From Vicugna vicugna (lineage: Eukaryota), in contig MU058636.1 in the NCBI GenBank assembly GCA_013265495.1, positions 5,553,741 to 5,617,740 of the forward strand: 64,000 nucleotides of DNA, read 5' to 3'. Each line of letters opens with the position of its first letter. Within the stretch, counting starts at the first letter, position 1. The notes beneath the pieces are model-generated. The model did no database searches, was not told the DNA's origin, and saw nothing but the letters and a program-made list of their open reading frames with translations. This document shows, one piece after another, positions 23,595 to 36,750 of this stretch. Position numbers and translations under genes: made by a program.

Positions 23595-25495
23595 ATCTAC
23601 AGATCTCCAGAAGGAGAGTAGAAAAATACTCAAAAAATAAAGGCTGAAAAATCCCCAGATTTGGGGGGAAAAAATCTACAGACTCAAGCTTAGTGAAACT
23701 CACATAGGATACAATCAAAGAAATACACACCAAGACTGAAAACTAACAAACAAAAAGAAAAGTCTAAAAATGAAAGACAAAACAGAAATCTTGAAAACAA
23801 TTACAAAGCATGAAATGACTTCTTATAGGGGAAAAGCAATTTGAATGATCGCACATTTCTCATCAGAAATCACGAAGTCCTGAAGGAAATGGAACCACAT
23901 TTTTCAAGTGTGGCAAGGAAATAACTGTCAACTCTGAAGCCTAAATCTAGCAAAGGCATCCCTCAGAAATGAAGAGAAATCAAGATATTCTCAGATGAAG
24001 AAAAAGAAAGAAAATTTGTTTCCAGCAGACCTATTCTAAAATAACAGCTAAAGAAAGCCTCTAAATAGAATGGAAACAAAAGAAGGAAGGAAGAATATGG
24101 TAAGCAAAAATATGGGTAACAACTCCTCTTGAGACTCCTAAAGTATGTTGATGGTTGAAGCAAAACTTATATCACTATCTGATGTGGTTCTGAATGTATA
24201 CACTGGGAAAATATTTAAGACAATTAATAAATGGAGGAAAGTAAAGGGATGCACTAGGAGATAAGTGTTCTATGCTTTATTTTAACTGGCAAAATAACAT
24301 CAGCAAACTGTAACAAGTTATATATAGATGATACATACCTAGAGCAACCACTAAATGTATACAAAAAGATACACTCAAAAACACTGTAGATGAATAAAAA
24401 TGGAATTCTAAAAAATGTTCAAGTAGCACACAAGAAGGTAGGAAAAAGAAAACAGAAATGAAAAACAGAATAAACAGAAAATAAAAAATAAAATGGCAGA
24501 ATTAAGGTCTAACACATTAGTAATTACATTAAATGTAAATGACCTAAGTATATCAGTTAAAAGACAAATATCTGCAGACTGAAGTGACAGAAACTCATTT
24601 CAAATATAATGATATAGACAGGTTGAAAAAAGAATGAAAAAGATATACCATATAAACAATAATCAAAAGAAAGCAGGAGTAGCTACATTAATGTCAAATA
24701 AAGTAAGATATAGTGCAAAGAAAGCTACCAGAGACATAGAGGGATGTTATATGTACATAAAAAGGCAATTCATAAGATAATAATAATTCTAGGTGAGTAT
24801 GTACCAACAAATAAGCTTCAAAATACTTGTACCAAACTGATAAAACTGAAAGGAGAAATAAATCCACAATTAGAGCTGGAGACTTAAACATCTCTTTCTT
24901 AAAAATTAAAAGAGCAACTGGACAGAAAATTATCAAAGATATAGAATAACCCAATAACTTACTGCATATTTAGGGATATAAAATAAGCCATCAACTAATA
25001 ATATAACAGATTTTTATAGAACATTTTACCCAACAACAGTAGAAAACACATTCTTTTCAAGTGCTCATGGGACATATACCAAATAGATCATATCCTGCAC
25101 CATAAAACAAACTTCAACAAAATATTAAAAATTGAAATAATACAGAATGTGTTCTCTGACAACAATGAAATCAAACTAGGATTCAATAGCAGACAGTTAA
25201 CAGAAAAATCTCCAAACATTTGGAAACCAAACGACATGCTTCTAAATAATCCATGGATCAAAGAATGAATGAACTGAATGAAAATGGAAATATACCATAT
25301 CAAAATTTGTAAGTCAGCTAGAGCTAATAAGAGAAATTTTTAGCATTAAAAGTGTATGAGAAAAGAGACAACGTCTCAAATCAGTAATCTCAGAATCTAG
25401 AAAAAAATGGAACAAAATAAACCCAAAGCAAACAGAAAAAAGGAAATAAATGTAAGAGCAGCAATCAATAAAATGGTATGCTAATCTCAAAAAGA
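23595..25495 (+). mobile_element. Old LINE-1, ORF1 3' part, inter-ORF region and decayed ORF2 endonuclease region
   Basis: ttctcatcagaaatc..., taattacattaaatgtaaatg, cattcttttcaagtgctcatgggacat, ttctctgacaacaatgaaatcaaactag. Confidence 0.9.
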
Positions 25496-25509
25496 GATCG
25501 GCAGTTTCT

Positions 25510-26130
25510 TTAAAAAAATTGAAACACGGGACTACTGTACAACTCAGCAATTATCCTCCAAGGTATTTATCCAGAGAAACAAAAACTATGTTCACATAAA
25601 AACCTGTATATGAATATTTATGGCAGCTTTATTCATAATAGATCCACACTGGAAACAACGCAGAGGACCTTCAATGGGTGAATGATTAAGCAAACTGTAG
25701 TAAACCTACACTATAAAGTACAACTAAAGGAAATAAAATATTAATAGATAAATGATCTGGATAAATCCCCAGAGGATGATGCTGAGTTAAAAGAGTCAGT
25801 GAAAAGGTTATCTACTGTATGACTCCATTAACATAACATTCTTGAAATGACAAAATTATGTAAAAGAGGAAAAAATTAGTGGTTGCCAGGGGTTAAGGAG
25901 GGGTGGTAGTGGGATGAAATGGATATGGCTATAGAAGGAACATGCATGATCCTTGTGGTAATGGAAATATTTTTTGACTTTATCCTGGTTGTGATACTGT
26001 ACCATGTTTTGCAAGATGTTACCATTGGGGGAAATGGAATAAAGGGGACTTGAGATCTCTCTATATTATTTCTTACAACTGCATTCAAGTCTATAATTAT
26101 CTCAAAATTAAAAGTTTAATTTAAAAAAAA
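25510..26130 (+). mobile_element. L1MC1/2-like 3' end
   Basis: ttttgcaagatgttaccattgggggaaa...tattatttcttacaactgca...ataattatctcaaaattaaaagtttaatttaaaaaaaa. Confidence 0.85.
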
Positions 26131-26134
26131 TTTA

Positions 26135-26818
26135 GGCAAGAATATATAATGGAGAAAATGTAGTCTCTTCGGCAAGTGGTATTAGGAAAGCTTGACAGCA
26201 AAATGCAAATCAACAAAGCTGGAACACTCCCTCACAGCATACACAAAAACAAACTCAAAATGGCTTAAAGACTTAAATATGACAGGACATCATGAAACTC
26301 CTAGAAGAGAATATAGGCAAAACATTCTCAGACATAAATTGTAGCAATGTTTTCTTAGGTCAGTCTTCTAAGGCAACAGATATAAAGGCAAAAGTAAACA
26401 AATGGGACCTAATTAAATTTATAAGCTTTTGTACAGCAAGGGAAACCATATACAAAACAAAAAGACAATCTATGGACTAGGAGGAAATATTTGCAAACAG
26501 CTCATAAAACTCGATAACAAAAAACCAAACAACCCAATCAAAAAATGGGCAGGAAACCTGAACAGACATTCCTCTAAAGAAGACATACAGATGGACAACA
26601 GGCAAATGGAAAGATGCTCAGCATCACTAATTATCAGAGAAATACAAATCAAAACTGCAGTGAGATATCACCACCTCACACTGGTCAGAATGGCCATCAT
26701 TAAAAAAAATCTACAAATAATAAATGCTGGAAAGGGTGTAGAGAAAAGGGAACCCTCCTATACTGTTAGTGGGAATGTAAATTGGTGCAGCCACTATGGT
26801 GAACAGTATGGAGGTTCT
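26135..26818 (+). mobile_element. Younger LINE-1 internal ORF2 C-terminal fragment, no 3' UTR or poly(A)
   Basis: ORF track peptides MKLLEENIGKTFSDINCSNVFL and [22 protein letters not shown]...IREIQIKT are L1 ORF2p. Confidence 0.93.
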
Positions 26819-27267
26819 ATACCAGTTGACTTGGTTGGAGTTTCAATGACAACTTTTCGAATAAGGGGGAAAAGGTGCAAAACAGATGTACAGTTTTAGC
26901 TCATTTTTGTTAAACAGACACAAATCATTAAGTTAAAAGCCTTGAAAGAAACACATCAGTTCTCAGCATGGGTTATCTTATGTAGGTGAGGCCCAGTACA
27001 TATAGTAATGGGAGGTAGGGAGAAAAGAGTTATTAAAATGCAATAAAAAAAAAGAGAAGAGAAAAATTCACTAATATTTCACACATATACATGTGGGAAA
27101 TATGCATAAAGAAATTAGAGGAAGATATTTGGAGTTAGATTTTTATGATCTTGAATATGTCTCTAATATATTATTAAGAAAGGTTCTATGGCAACATGTT
27201 AGTTTGCTTCCATTTCATCTAGACCAAACCACAACCAAACAAACAGCCAATCTCTAGGTATGAATGT

Positions 27268-27355
27268 TGGGGTAGACTGTAAAGATGGCTACCAATAATC
27301 TGCCCCCTCGTCTCTTTTAGGGTAATTTGTTACACAGCAATAGATACCTGAGACA
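27268..27355 (+). mobile_element. MaLR MLT1 LTR remnant (termini only)
   Basis: ggtagactgtaaagatggctacca (5' end) abutting ttttagggtaatttgttacacagcaatagatacctgagaca (3' end). Confidence 0.6.
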
Positions 27356-28167
27356 TGTTTATAGGTATGTAAATGTTTAAAGAGAAAAGAGACTATTGTG
27401 AATAAAAACTTACCTATCAAAATTGGTTGCTTGCAGTGGCAGCAGGAATGAGAGGAAAGATAATTAAATTTTACCTTATATATTTTTGTATTGTATGTTT
27501 CTATAGTATAAATCAGTGTATAATATAGTATTCCCTACTTTGAAAAATATCAATTAAAGAAAAACTTTACAAGAAGAAATAAAATGTTCTATTTAGTTTT
27601 TTGTTTTGTTTTGTTTTACGTTAGAATTGGCCTTGGAAAAGTGTCTTCCTCTCATTTTATTGTTATTTATTGTTATTTGCTGCAGCATTCCACAGACCTC
27701 AGTTTCAGATGGTTCTGTATAATGTTGGTTCCATAAACAACTTTATAAATCAAATTTAAGAAAAAAATGAGGGCTAAAAGCATATGCATGGAAAATAGCT
27801 GTGGATTGGCAACTTAAACATTCTTAATCTTTTAAAGATATGCTATAAAAACTAAGCAAGAGATAGACATTAACAAAATTGATTTTAAAATATTCTCAGT
27901 AATGCAGTCTATAAAATACATTTAAAAAGTGCATTAGCTCACAAAACATTTTATCAACCTGTAAAATTTTCACTGGCCTTTTCTGTTTTTAACAGTGATA
28001 GAGCAATAATAAGTCTGCAGGAAATTTATCAGAGGCATAAGAAAATGATGTTTTCACTGTGGGTTGCAGTTTTCATTTTATTAACTTTTATATTTATTGA
28101 ATACTTGACTTCTTTAGGATCTTCCTGGATTGCTTATAGGCTGTAAAATTCCTAGCCAAGGCCATTT

Positions 28168-28590
28168 TCATTAATTCATTTCAACAGATTTATATCTATA
28201 GTGTCTACTGTGTGTTGGATTCTGTGCCAGGTACTTGGAGAAAGAGAATTACAGTTTTTAAAAAGGCAGAGTTTATTATCAATAACTAGATAGTGATTCA
28301 GTATGAAAAGTAAAACATTAAAAAAAAAAACAAAGAACGTGCATGGAGGTAAAGCCACAAAAACTAGACAAAGTAGATTCCATTTGAACTAGTCTGAAGG
28401 GTAGCAGGAGTTTGGCAGGCAGACAAAATGGGAAACTATATTCAAGACAGACTGGAAGGATGTAGGGAAGCATGGATGTGTGAAAGAGCATGGTATGACT
28501 GAGGATGAAAATGTAGTTTGTGAGAATGAAGGGATCTGATGGACAGAGAGTAGAAATGACAGATATTAGCTAAGCCAGGTCAGGCCTGGT
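28168..28590 (-). mobile_element. L2 fragments
   Basis: ttcattaattcatttcaacagatttat...tactgtgtg...; gtctgaagggtagcaggagtttggcaggcaga. Confidence 0.5.
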
Positions 28591-28644
28591 TAGTACTTGG
28601 ATGGGAGAAATGACAGATACAGCACAGTACTGAAATTTAGTACA

Positions 28645-29955
28645 CAGGCTCTTTTCAACAAGGCTGTCAATTCAGTGAGAGAAAAATTAGTTTTCTCAAC
28701 AAGTGATGCTGGAACAACTGGATATCCACACGCAAAAGACTGGAGTCAGACTCCTTTCTTAGACCATACTCAAAAATTAAATCCAAGTGATCACCAGTCT
28801 AAATGTAAGTGCTAGCACCATAAGATTTTTATAAAAAAACATAGGAATAAATTTTCATGAACTTGGGTCAAGTTAGACAAAGCTTTCTTAGACATATGCA
28901 ACAGAACAAATATAGGTAACAAAAGAAAAAATAGATAAGTTGGAATTCATCAAAATTTTAAAAATTTGTACTTCAAGGAACATCATCAAGAAAGTGAAAA
29001 GAGAGCCCCACAGAATGGGAGAAAATATTCACAAATCACATATCTGATAAAGGCTTGTCTACAAGAATATATTAAAAAAAACAAAAACCTCAACACTCTG
29101 AAAAGACAAATTACTCAATTTAAAACTGGGCTTAAAAATGATTTTTAATGATTTAACAGACATTTCTTCAAACAACATATTAAAATGGCCAATAGGCATC
29201 TAAAAATATGTTCAATATCATTTGTCATTAGGGAAATGCAAATCAAAACCACAATGAGATACTATTTCATACCCACTAGGATGAGAATAACAAAAGGCAG
29301 ACAATAATAAATTTTGGTGAGGATGTGGAGAAATTGGAACCCTCATACACTGTTGGTGTGATTTTAAACTGGTACAGCCCCTTTGAAAAATGGTTTGGCA
29401 GTTCCTCAAAAAGTTTAACACAGAGTTAGCACATGACCCAGCAATTCTAAGTATGTCCCCAAGAATAATAAAAACATGTTCACACCAAAACATGTAGATG
29501 AATATTTATAATAACATTAGTCATAATAACCAACAAGTGGGAAGAATCCAAATGTCCATAAACTGAATAAACTAAAGTATATCCATACAATGGAATGTTT
29601 TTCCACAATGAAAAGAAATGAAGTACTGATACCTGCCACTAGGTGGATGAACCTTGAAAGCATTATGATAAGAGAGAACTGGGCACGGAAGACCACATAT
29701 TACATGATTCCATTTATATGCAATGTCCAAAATAGGCAAATCTATAGAGATGGAAAGTAGGTTAATGTGGCTGGGGACTAGAGGGTAGGACTGAGGGGGA
29801 AATGCGAAGTGACTGCTACTGGGTAGGAGGTTTCTTTCTGGAGTAATGAGAATGTTCTCAAATGGAATGTGGTGATGGTTGCACAACTCTGGGCAGATAG
29901 TAAATGCGTGAATTGTATGGCACATAAATTACATCTCAGTAAAGCTGTTTTAAAA
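28645..29955 (+). mobile_element. LINE-1 (L1MB-like) ORF2 3' region and 3' UTR
   Basis: gtcattagggaaatgcaaatcaaaaccacaatgagatac..., ends aaattacatctcagtaaagctgttttaaaaa. Confidence 0.92.
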
Positions 29956-29989
29956 ATCTACGTCATGTTAAAAAACAAAAACGAAAACA

Positions 29990-30105
29990 CACACTGTAGA
30001 ATCAGATGACCTCGGCTGGAATCTACGCCCTACCACCAACCAATTATGAAGCCCTGAGCTAGTTACTTAATCTCTGTAACCACTTTATTCATCTGTAAAT
30101 GAATG
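29990..30105 (+). mobile_element. MIR fragment
   Basis: ccctgagctagttacttaatctctgta...tcatctgtaaatg. Confidence 0.55.
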
Positions 30106-30224
30106 AGTACTTCCAGCTGAGACCTCAAGGGAAATTTTCACAGAGGTGGAATTTGGGCTCGTCTCAAAGACAGTGTTTTTATAGATTCTGAGACAAAGAC
30201 CTTAACAAGAAGGAGAGAGGAACG

Positions 30225-30380
30225 CAGAGTTCTGGAGGACCTGCTGTGTGCCAGGGTCTTTGCTAAGCATTCTATGTACATTACCTCATTTAATGCCCCC
30301 TGTTTTGTACTTACGAGGAAATTGACTCTGAAAGTGAAGTGATTACATGACCAAGAAGGGGTTCAATTGCAGGCACAGAA
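30225..30380 (-). mobile_element. MIR fragment
   Basis: ctgctgtgtgccagg...tgctaagca...attacctcatttaat...gaggaaattgactctgaaagtgaagtga. Confidence 0.6.
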
Positions 30381-31312
30381 GAAGGTCCTGGGTCTGACCT
30401 GAGTTTTGACTGTGAGGAGGGAAATACAGACAGCCAGAAGACGGACTGAGGTGACGTTTATCTGACAGCTTGGGAGGGGGCATGCTGAAGCGGCAGTCAG
30501 GTTGCTTAGGAACTTTGATGGCCAGATAGGTTTTCTGGATTTCATCTGATGGGTGATAGGGAACATGGAAATGCTTATCCAAAAGGGCCATAAGCAGTAG
30601 GAATGTGGAAGTATTTTACATGTAAAAATCTAAATTCATCTTGTATGTTATTATATAACTCAATTGTACCTTTCAGAAACCTTGCAATATTACTCAAAAT
30701 AGACACAGTCTGACAAGCTTGCCTTAAGTGAATTTTCCAGAGGAGAAATTGCTTTGCTTCGACAATTGAAATATGATTTTTATAGATGAATTAAAATCCT
30801 ACCCGAGACTGAGAATTTGTTAATTTGAGCTGCTGATTGTTAGCAAATGACAGATTGATTCTGATGGGAGTTTTGGAGCTAAGAATAGATAATAGAAGTT
30901 TTAAAATCTCATTGAAATTCTCAAAAGATGAACAAAAACTGTAGTCTCACTTTATACAAGAGCTCGGTGAAAAGGAAAACCACATCTGTAGTTATTCAAA
31001 CGGAATAGCAGATTTGCATTGTATGCTCATTTATTCAGTGGTGTTTTTTTTGACCAGCAGTGTGAAGCTTTGCCTGCACCTACTGCTTGGAAAGAGGTTC
31101 TTTCAAGCCCATTCACAAGCAGTGTCCAGCAAGCATCTGAAGTGTCTAGGGGCTATCAGAACCAGCATGCCATGGTAGGTACCGGGCAGTTGAAGAAGCA
31201 AGTTGCAAATGCATACTCAGTTCCATTCTAGGCATCTCAACCTCAAGTCATGCTGCTAGATTAGTGCCTGCGTGTGGAAGTCTCAAATGCAAGAAGATGC
31301 TTTCTCTCTAAG

Positions 31313-32470
31313 CCAATGATTCTCAACTGAGATCTTACACCTCCTAGAGGGATGCACTTGGGGAAAAAAAATGAGGGAGCATGTTTTTGTTTACTGCAAT
31401 GATTGGGAGCTTCTGTTAGAATTTAGAGACTATCCTGAAAGCCATGGGACAGGCATGCATAGTGAAAAACTGCCCTGCATTCTGTATGATTTCCAAATCT
31501 CCTGCTGTGTTATTATCTAAGCTTCTCTGAGACTAGACCTTAATTTCATTTTTACACACAAAAAGAAAGTAGTTTTTACATGGTTTTAATACATACTGAT
31601 TTTTCCAGCAATGAAACTACCATATAAACTGTGAAAAGACTAATATTTAGTCTTATTTAGCCTTATTTTAAAATGTTAAATGTGACCATCTATGTTCAAA
31701 GCATTTATTTATTTATTTATTTATTTTTGGTTACCTACATTTTGCAATACCGTTCTCATACATTGATTATACAATTTCTCTATAGCTTTTTGTAGTAAAG
31801 CTTCTTTTTCTAATCCATCCTCATTTTCTGTTGCCCATGGAAGGAAATGATCTCTAATGTAAATTAAAATATGAGCCTGACTGCATGCATTGCTGTGTGG
31901 TGGAACTTCAAGAAAGGAGATAGGTTTTTGGTTTCCTGTCCTGTGTTACAACACAGAGAATTAATTATTGTGACACCACACATGAATACAGCCCAGCTCA
32001 TTTGAAAGAAATCCAACTTCCTCATTTTCTCCACATTAAGAGTTGACAATTTGTCTTGGCATCTAATTTTTAGTTTAATTAAGGTTTTTTTTTTCTGCCT
32101 TTTATCACATACTTATAAGTCTACCTGTTATTACTCTACTCAACCTTGGTTTTTTCTAATTCCACCCTTTACCTCTACTCCTTCATTTTTCTGTAACTCT
32201 TCTACCAAATGGCTTCTCATATTACTTCTTTTAAATTCAAAACTATTCATTATAACCATCAGATTATTTCACTATATCTTCTATTATAATCAAGCAGGAC
32301 ATTATACATTAAACACACAATCATTTAATTATAAATTACTTTTCTTTTTAGTTCATTTATTACACTTAATGCTGGTTATTATACTTGTGTTGGTTTTTTA
32401 AATTATGTGTATCTTCTATCTATAAATTTCTTTTCAGAATAGTAAGCAGAGTGTACTTACTTGTTATAAA
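31313..32470. mobile_element. hAT-Charlie DNA transposon remnant (MER20B/Charlie2-like)
   Basis: Start caatgattctcaac; atgggacaggcatgcatagtgaaaaactgccctgc; end-region tatctataaatttcttttcagaatagtaa...ttgttataaaa. Confidence 0.5.
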
Positions 32471-32784
32471 ACTTTTTCATAAATAATTATTATATTAAGT
32501 GTATATTCTTATATTATATTATAAGAAGTATATCACGTACTTCTATTATGTAACAAAACACTTTTCACACTTTATATCTGAGAAAACAGAATGTGGCTTA
32601 TCCAAGATAACACGTAAAGAATGAGCTTTGATACCTTAAAAGTTACAACAACTTGACTTATATTCTCAGTTTATGGCCTTGCATTCAACATTGAAATGCT
32701 TTATTCATTCATCATTTGGAAAGTCAGTAACTGTAAGTTGTAGTCGGAGGTAATTATGAGAACCTATCTAGAACTAATTATTAT

Positions 32785-33040
32785 TATTAACAGTAATGCA
32801 AGTAATAGCCACCATGTATCAACCACATGCAGGCATCATACTCAGAACTTTCCATTTAGTATTGCCTATAATCCTCATAATTATGCTAAATAGGTATGGT
32901 GTAATGTATGTACACAGATTATTAAAATCAGACTTATTGCAGTAACTTCAGTTACTTCAGTAACTTGCCTCTGATGATGAGGCTAGTGTGTAACAGGGGC
33001 CTACACTCAATCTTTGGCCTGTCTCTAATGCCCACATATT
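32785..33040 (-). mobile_element. MIR SINE
   Basis: taatagccaccatgtat...aggcatcatactcagaacttt...taatcctcataa...agtaacttgcc. Confidence 0.55.
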
Positions 33041-33357
33041 CTGTCTCCGAAAAGAACAGTGTTCTTTAGTTTTGCATTAAGAAATGTAAAGATAAGAATA
33101 ATACTTCGGATTACAGAGGCAAGGAGGAGTGCTCTCAACAGATCCGCTAAGGAAATCAATAATCCCTAGAAGTATTTCTAATCAAAATGATGGCGGTAAA
33201 GACACTGCAACTCACACCGGTGGCTCACTGACTTTCACTGGCTACCCTTGATGATACCCCCTTTCTCACCACTTGGAACTGATTCACTAATATTTGCTCC
33301 CCACAAGACCATATCAAACATCAAATCACAGAGTGACTTATGAAAAGATGTTATAAT

Positions 33358-33678
33358 TTGTGCTACCCAAAATGGTAGCCATCAGCCGTATGTGGCTGTT
33401 GAACATTAGAAATGTGACTGGTCTGAACTGAGACATGCCGTAAGTGAGAAATACTCCCAAGATTTTAAATACTTAATATGAAAGAATGAAACATCTTATT
33501 AATAATTCTTATTTTTATTTTATGTTGAAATGATATTTTGGAGATATGGGCTAAATAAAATATTATTAAAATTAATTTCATCTGTTTCTTTTTACCTTTT
33601 TAATGAGACTAATAGATTTTAAATGATATATTTAGTTCACATCTGTAACTTGCATTATATATCTGTTAGACAATACTG
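33358..33678 (-). mobile_element. MER33 (hAT-Charlie)
   Basis: atggtagccatcagccgtatgtggct...attaaaattaatttcatctgtttctttttac...ttagacaatactg. Confidence 0.85.
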
Positions 33679-33814
33679 TGGTGGACCATATGTCTTTTCA
33701 AATAACCACCTTTAAAATCAAATCAAGGGAAAAAAATCAAAGAACAAAAGCAAAACAACAGACAACACTCAATACTAATAATCACCAACACTAAGTGTGC
33801 TGGAAAAATTATTT

Positions 33815-33960
33815 GACTAAAGCTTCAATCTTAGTTTTGTCTGCCAGTCAACAGACATATAAACCTTAACAAATCGTTTAGTGTCTATTAACCTTAGTTT
33901 CTGTAAAATGAAGATAATTATATTGCTTACCTCACAGGGTTGTGACAACTGTAAAATGAA
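33815..33960 (+). mobile_element. MIR fragment
   Basis: cttagtttctgtaaaatgaagataat...ttacctcacagggttgtga. Confidence 0.6.
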
Positions 33961-33964
33961 CAAT

Positions 33965-34290
33965 TATTTCATTCGTTCACTCATTTGACAAAAATTTATT
34001 AGAATCTACTATGTGCAGTTACCATGAATACGGAGAATAATAAATCTTTGTATCTGCTCTCAAGGACCTTGCAGTAGAAGTTATAGAGTCTTATAGAAGC
34101 CATGACAGGGAGCATGATACAGTGTCGGGTGCCTGGTTTACTCCACTTGGGGGATTAAGGCAAAGTTCAACAGAGGGATTAGCCTCTGATCTGCCTCTTG
34201 AACATGAGGGGGAATTCACCAAGTGGAGAGGTCAGGGAACATCTTGTCTTCATGTCTCCAAGGCATGAGAGAGCAAAGTGTGCTCAGTAA
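33965..34290 (-). mobile_element. L2 3' fragment
   Basis: ttcattcgttcactcatttgacaaaaatttattagaatctactatgtgc...ctgctctcaagga. Confidence 0.65.
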
Positions 34291-36034
34291 ACAACAGAGA
34301 GGATTAAGGTGCTAGCCAACAAAGGAGGACAGGCCATGTTTCCATGTTGGAAGGTTCTGGGTTGGCAAATTCCAATGCTGAGTGAGAGGAACCACAGTTA
34401 TCTGCCAGCTCTTGATGATGGTGCCCATGTTCTAATGTGATTTTGGAATCTTTGTTCTTAGAGGAGGATGTTAACAAAAGATAAAATTAGCAGGACATAA
34501 TTGAATAGTATTCAATGATTAATTTTTGTAAAAAATGTGGGGCGAAATTATGCTCAGCTCTTCAGATTAGGACAATGTCCAATGTCTCACAAAAGGTTTT
34601 ACATTTTCAACTGAATAATTTCACGCCTGCCTAGGGGAAGGGGAAGCTTCACAAAACAACTAGAGCCCACGAGAAATCATTTAGACCTACCAGTATTTCC
34701 AAAGACTGAATTAGTTGCTAGAGATAAATATACATCAAAGTTATTCATCTGTAGTAATGCTGCAGTCAATATGATTGAAAATTTTCCATGGGGCTATATT
34801 TACTTATAATAAAATTGCAATAAAAATAATGGTGTGTGACTAATGCTTTCACGATTGTATATTTGAATATAATACACTTATAAAAGGCAATTTCTAAAGC
34901 AAAAATTATGGCTGCCTTTTAACTCTGATATTTTCCTTAATGCACTATTTACAAAGATTGCAGTTTCAAGAATAATAAATATAAACATTGACTAATCTCA
35001 AGTCTGTTTACAAGATGTGGGTATATTGTAAAACTTCAAAATGAAATAATACTTTATTTTCAACATTAATTGTTCAATATTTAAGAAACCAATATGCTAT
35101 GCATAAAAGTGGAGACATTTTCTTTTTAGACAGCAAAGAAGATAAAATCATGTTGTTACTGAATAGAAAACTTTTATATTTTCCTTAAAGATCATGAAAC
35201 TACAAATAGGATATAAGGTATAAAGGATGATTTTCAGCTAAAGGCTATTATTTGCAATAAATGGTGCTGAAAAACAAAATGAATTAATACTTTAGTCTTT
35301 CTGACTGAAGAAATCATTGATTACATCAAAGAAAGATTCCCTCAACAAGATAATATTCTTTCCCTGTTGACAGCAAGTTAGCTACCAAGTGTTGTAATTG
35401 CTTTCTGCTCTTTTGCTTTCTGGTCATGATCTCTTCTTTTCAAGGTCTCTCATCCTCTAAAAGAACCTGCTTTATTTCCCAGAAGACCACAAAGGGGAGA
35501 AACCAGGTGTTGATTTGTCTTCTATCATTTAGGGTTTGCTCAAGTCGAGCTTCCTCCAAAGGCACTCGAGAAGCAACAACAGCAACCATAAAATCAGATC
35601 TCTTGTTTTGCTTTAGTTTTGGTCTCCAGAACTCATTCTTTCATAAAAGACTAACATTTATGAGGGGATACTGAAATAAAGGTTCATTAAAATATTGGCA
35701 AAAGTAATTTTCCTTGATTTTAAGGATCCTGCCTGAGTCTCTGCCATATTTGCACTCTAAATAGCAGAAATAAAAGTATAATAGAAAATATCCATGCGTT
35801 TTGATCTATGTATTATTTGTTTATCCTCTTCCTCACTAACTGTGAGCTCCTTAAGGGAAGACATTGTCTTTTCCTTCTTTGTGTTCATTAGGTAATGAAT
35901 CCTAATGCCTGCTAAATAAACTTATGACCACATAAAACACAGTAGTTGCTGTTTATGGATGGGCGAGCAGTAGCAACTAGCAACTCCCTGCCCCTCACCC
36001 CCAGCCAACTATACCCCTCGGGAAGTATTCATTT

Positions 36035-36240
36035 AATGAAAGTACATGATCTTGAAAATCAAACAGAACCAGGTTTAAACTCCAACTTAACATTGAGCAA
36101 CTTAGCCTTTTTGACTCTTGTTTTTCGCTTGTAAAAAGTGAGGACAATACCTCCTATGTTATACAGTTTTTTGATAATTAAGTGAATATTCACAAAGAAG
36201 CTATCATAATCTGGCACACAGGACGCACTCAATAAGCACT
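36035..36240 (+). mobile_element. MIR SINE
   Basis: ccaggtttaaactccaact...ttgagcaa...tctggcacacaggacgcactcaataa. Confidence 0.65.
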
Positions 36241-36397
36241 GATCCTTCGCATCCTCTAAATATCCCAGACTTTTCCCCTTCAAACTGGGTACTCAGCAGT
36301 GTGCCAGGAGGCTCACAAAGCTGCTGGACAAACACAATGGTCCTCCTGTTGCACAATTTTTTTCTGGATGGCACAAAATTATATTAATATAAAACAA

Positions 36398-36750
36398 TTA
36401 TTCAGGAATTCTAGTCGGCAAATGTTTTTGAGCACCTGCTATACAGCAGCAGTTTGCTGGGTGCAAGGGATAAAACAAATAAGACAGAAAGACAGACGGA
36501 CAGACAGAAAGAAAGGAAGAGGAAGGAAGGAGGGGAGAAAGAAATTAAGTTTTGACAAGTACTGTGAAGGAAACAAAGAGATTACAGAGATAGATATTAG
36601 TTGGGGGAGGAGCCAACCTCTTTAGAGAGAGTGGGCAGAGAAAGGTTTTAAAAGCAGGTGCCATTAAGCTGGATGATGAGGAGACAGCCATGCCAAGAGT
36701 TGGGGACAAGTATTAAATGTGGAGGGAATAGCAATGCAAAAGTCAAAACA
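36398..36750 (-). mobile_element. L2 fragment
   Basis: caaatgtttttgagcacctgcta...tttagagagagtgggcagagaaagg...cagccatgccaaga. Confidence 0.55.

Noticed and set aside
26292..26899. 62- and 156-aa ORFs as host genes
   Set aside because: They are frameshifted LINE-1 ORF2p fragments
32051..32401. 116-aa hydrophobic ORF resembling a membrane protein
   Set aside because: T-rich low-complexity sequence inside a DNA-transposon remnant; the F/L/I bias is compositional
32940..32966. Threefold 9-bp repeat cagt(a/t)actt
   Set aside because: Local slippage inside a MIR core; no evidence of function
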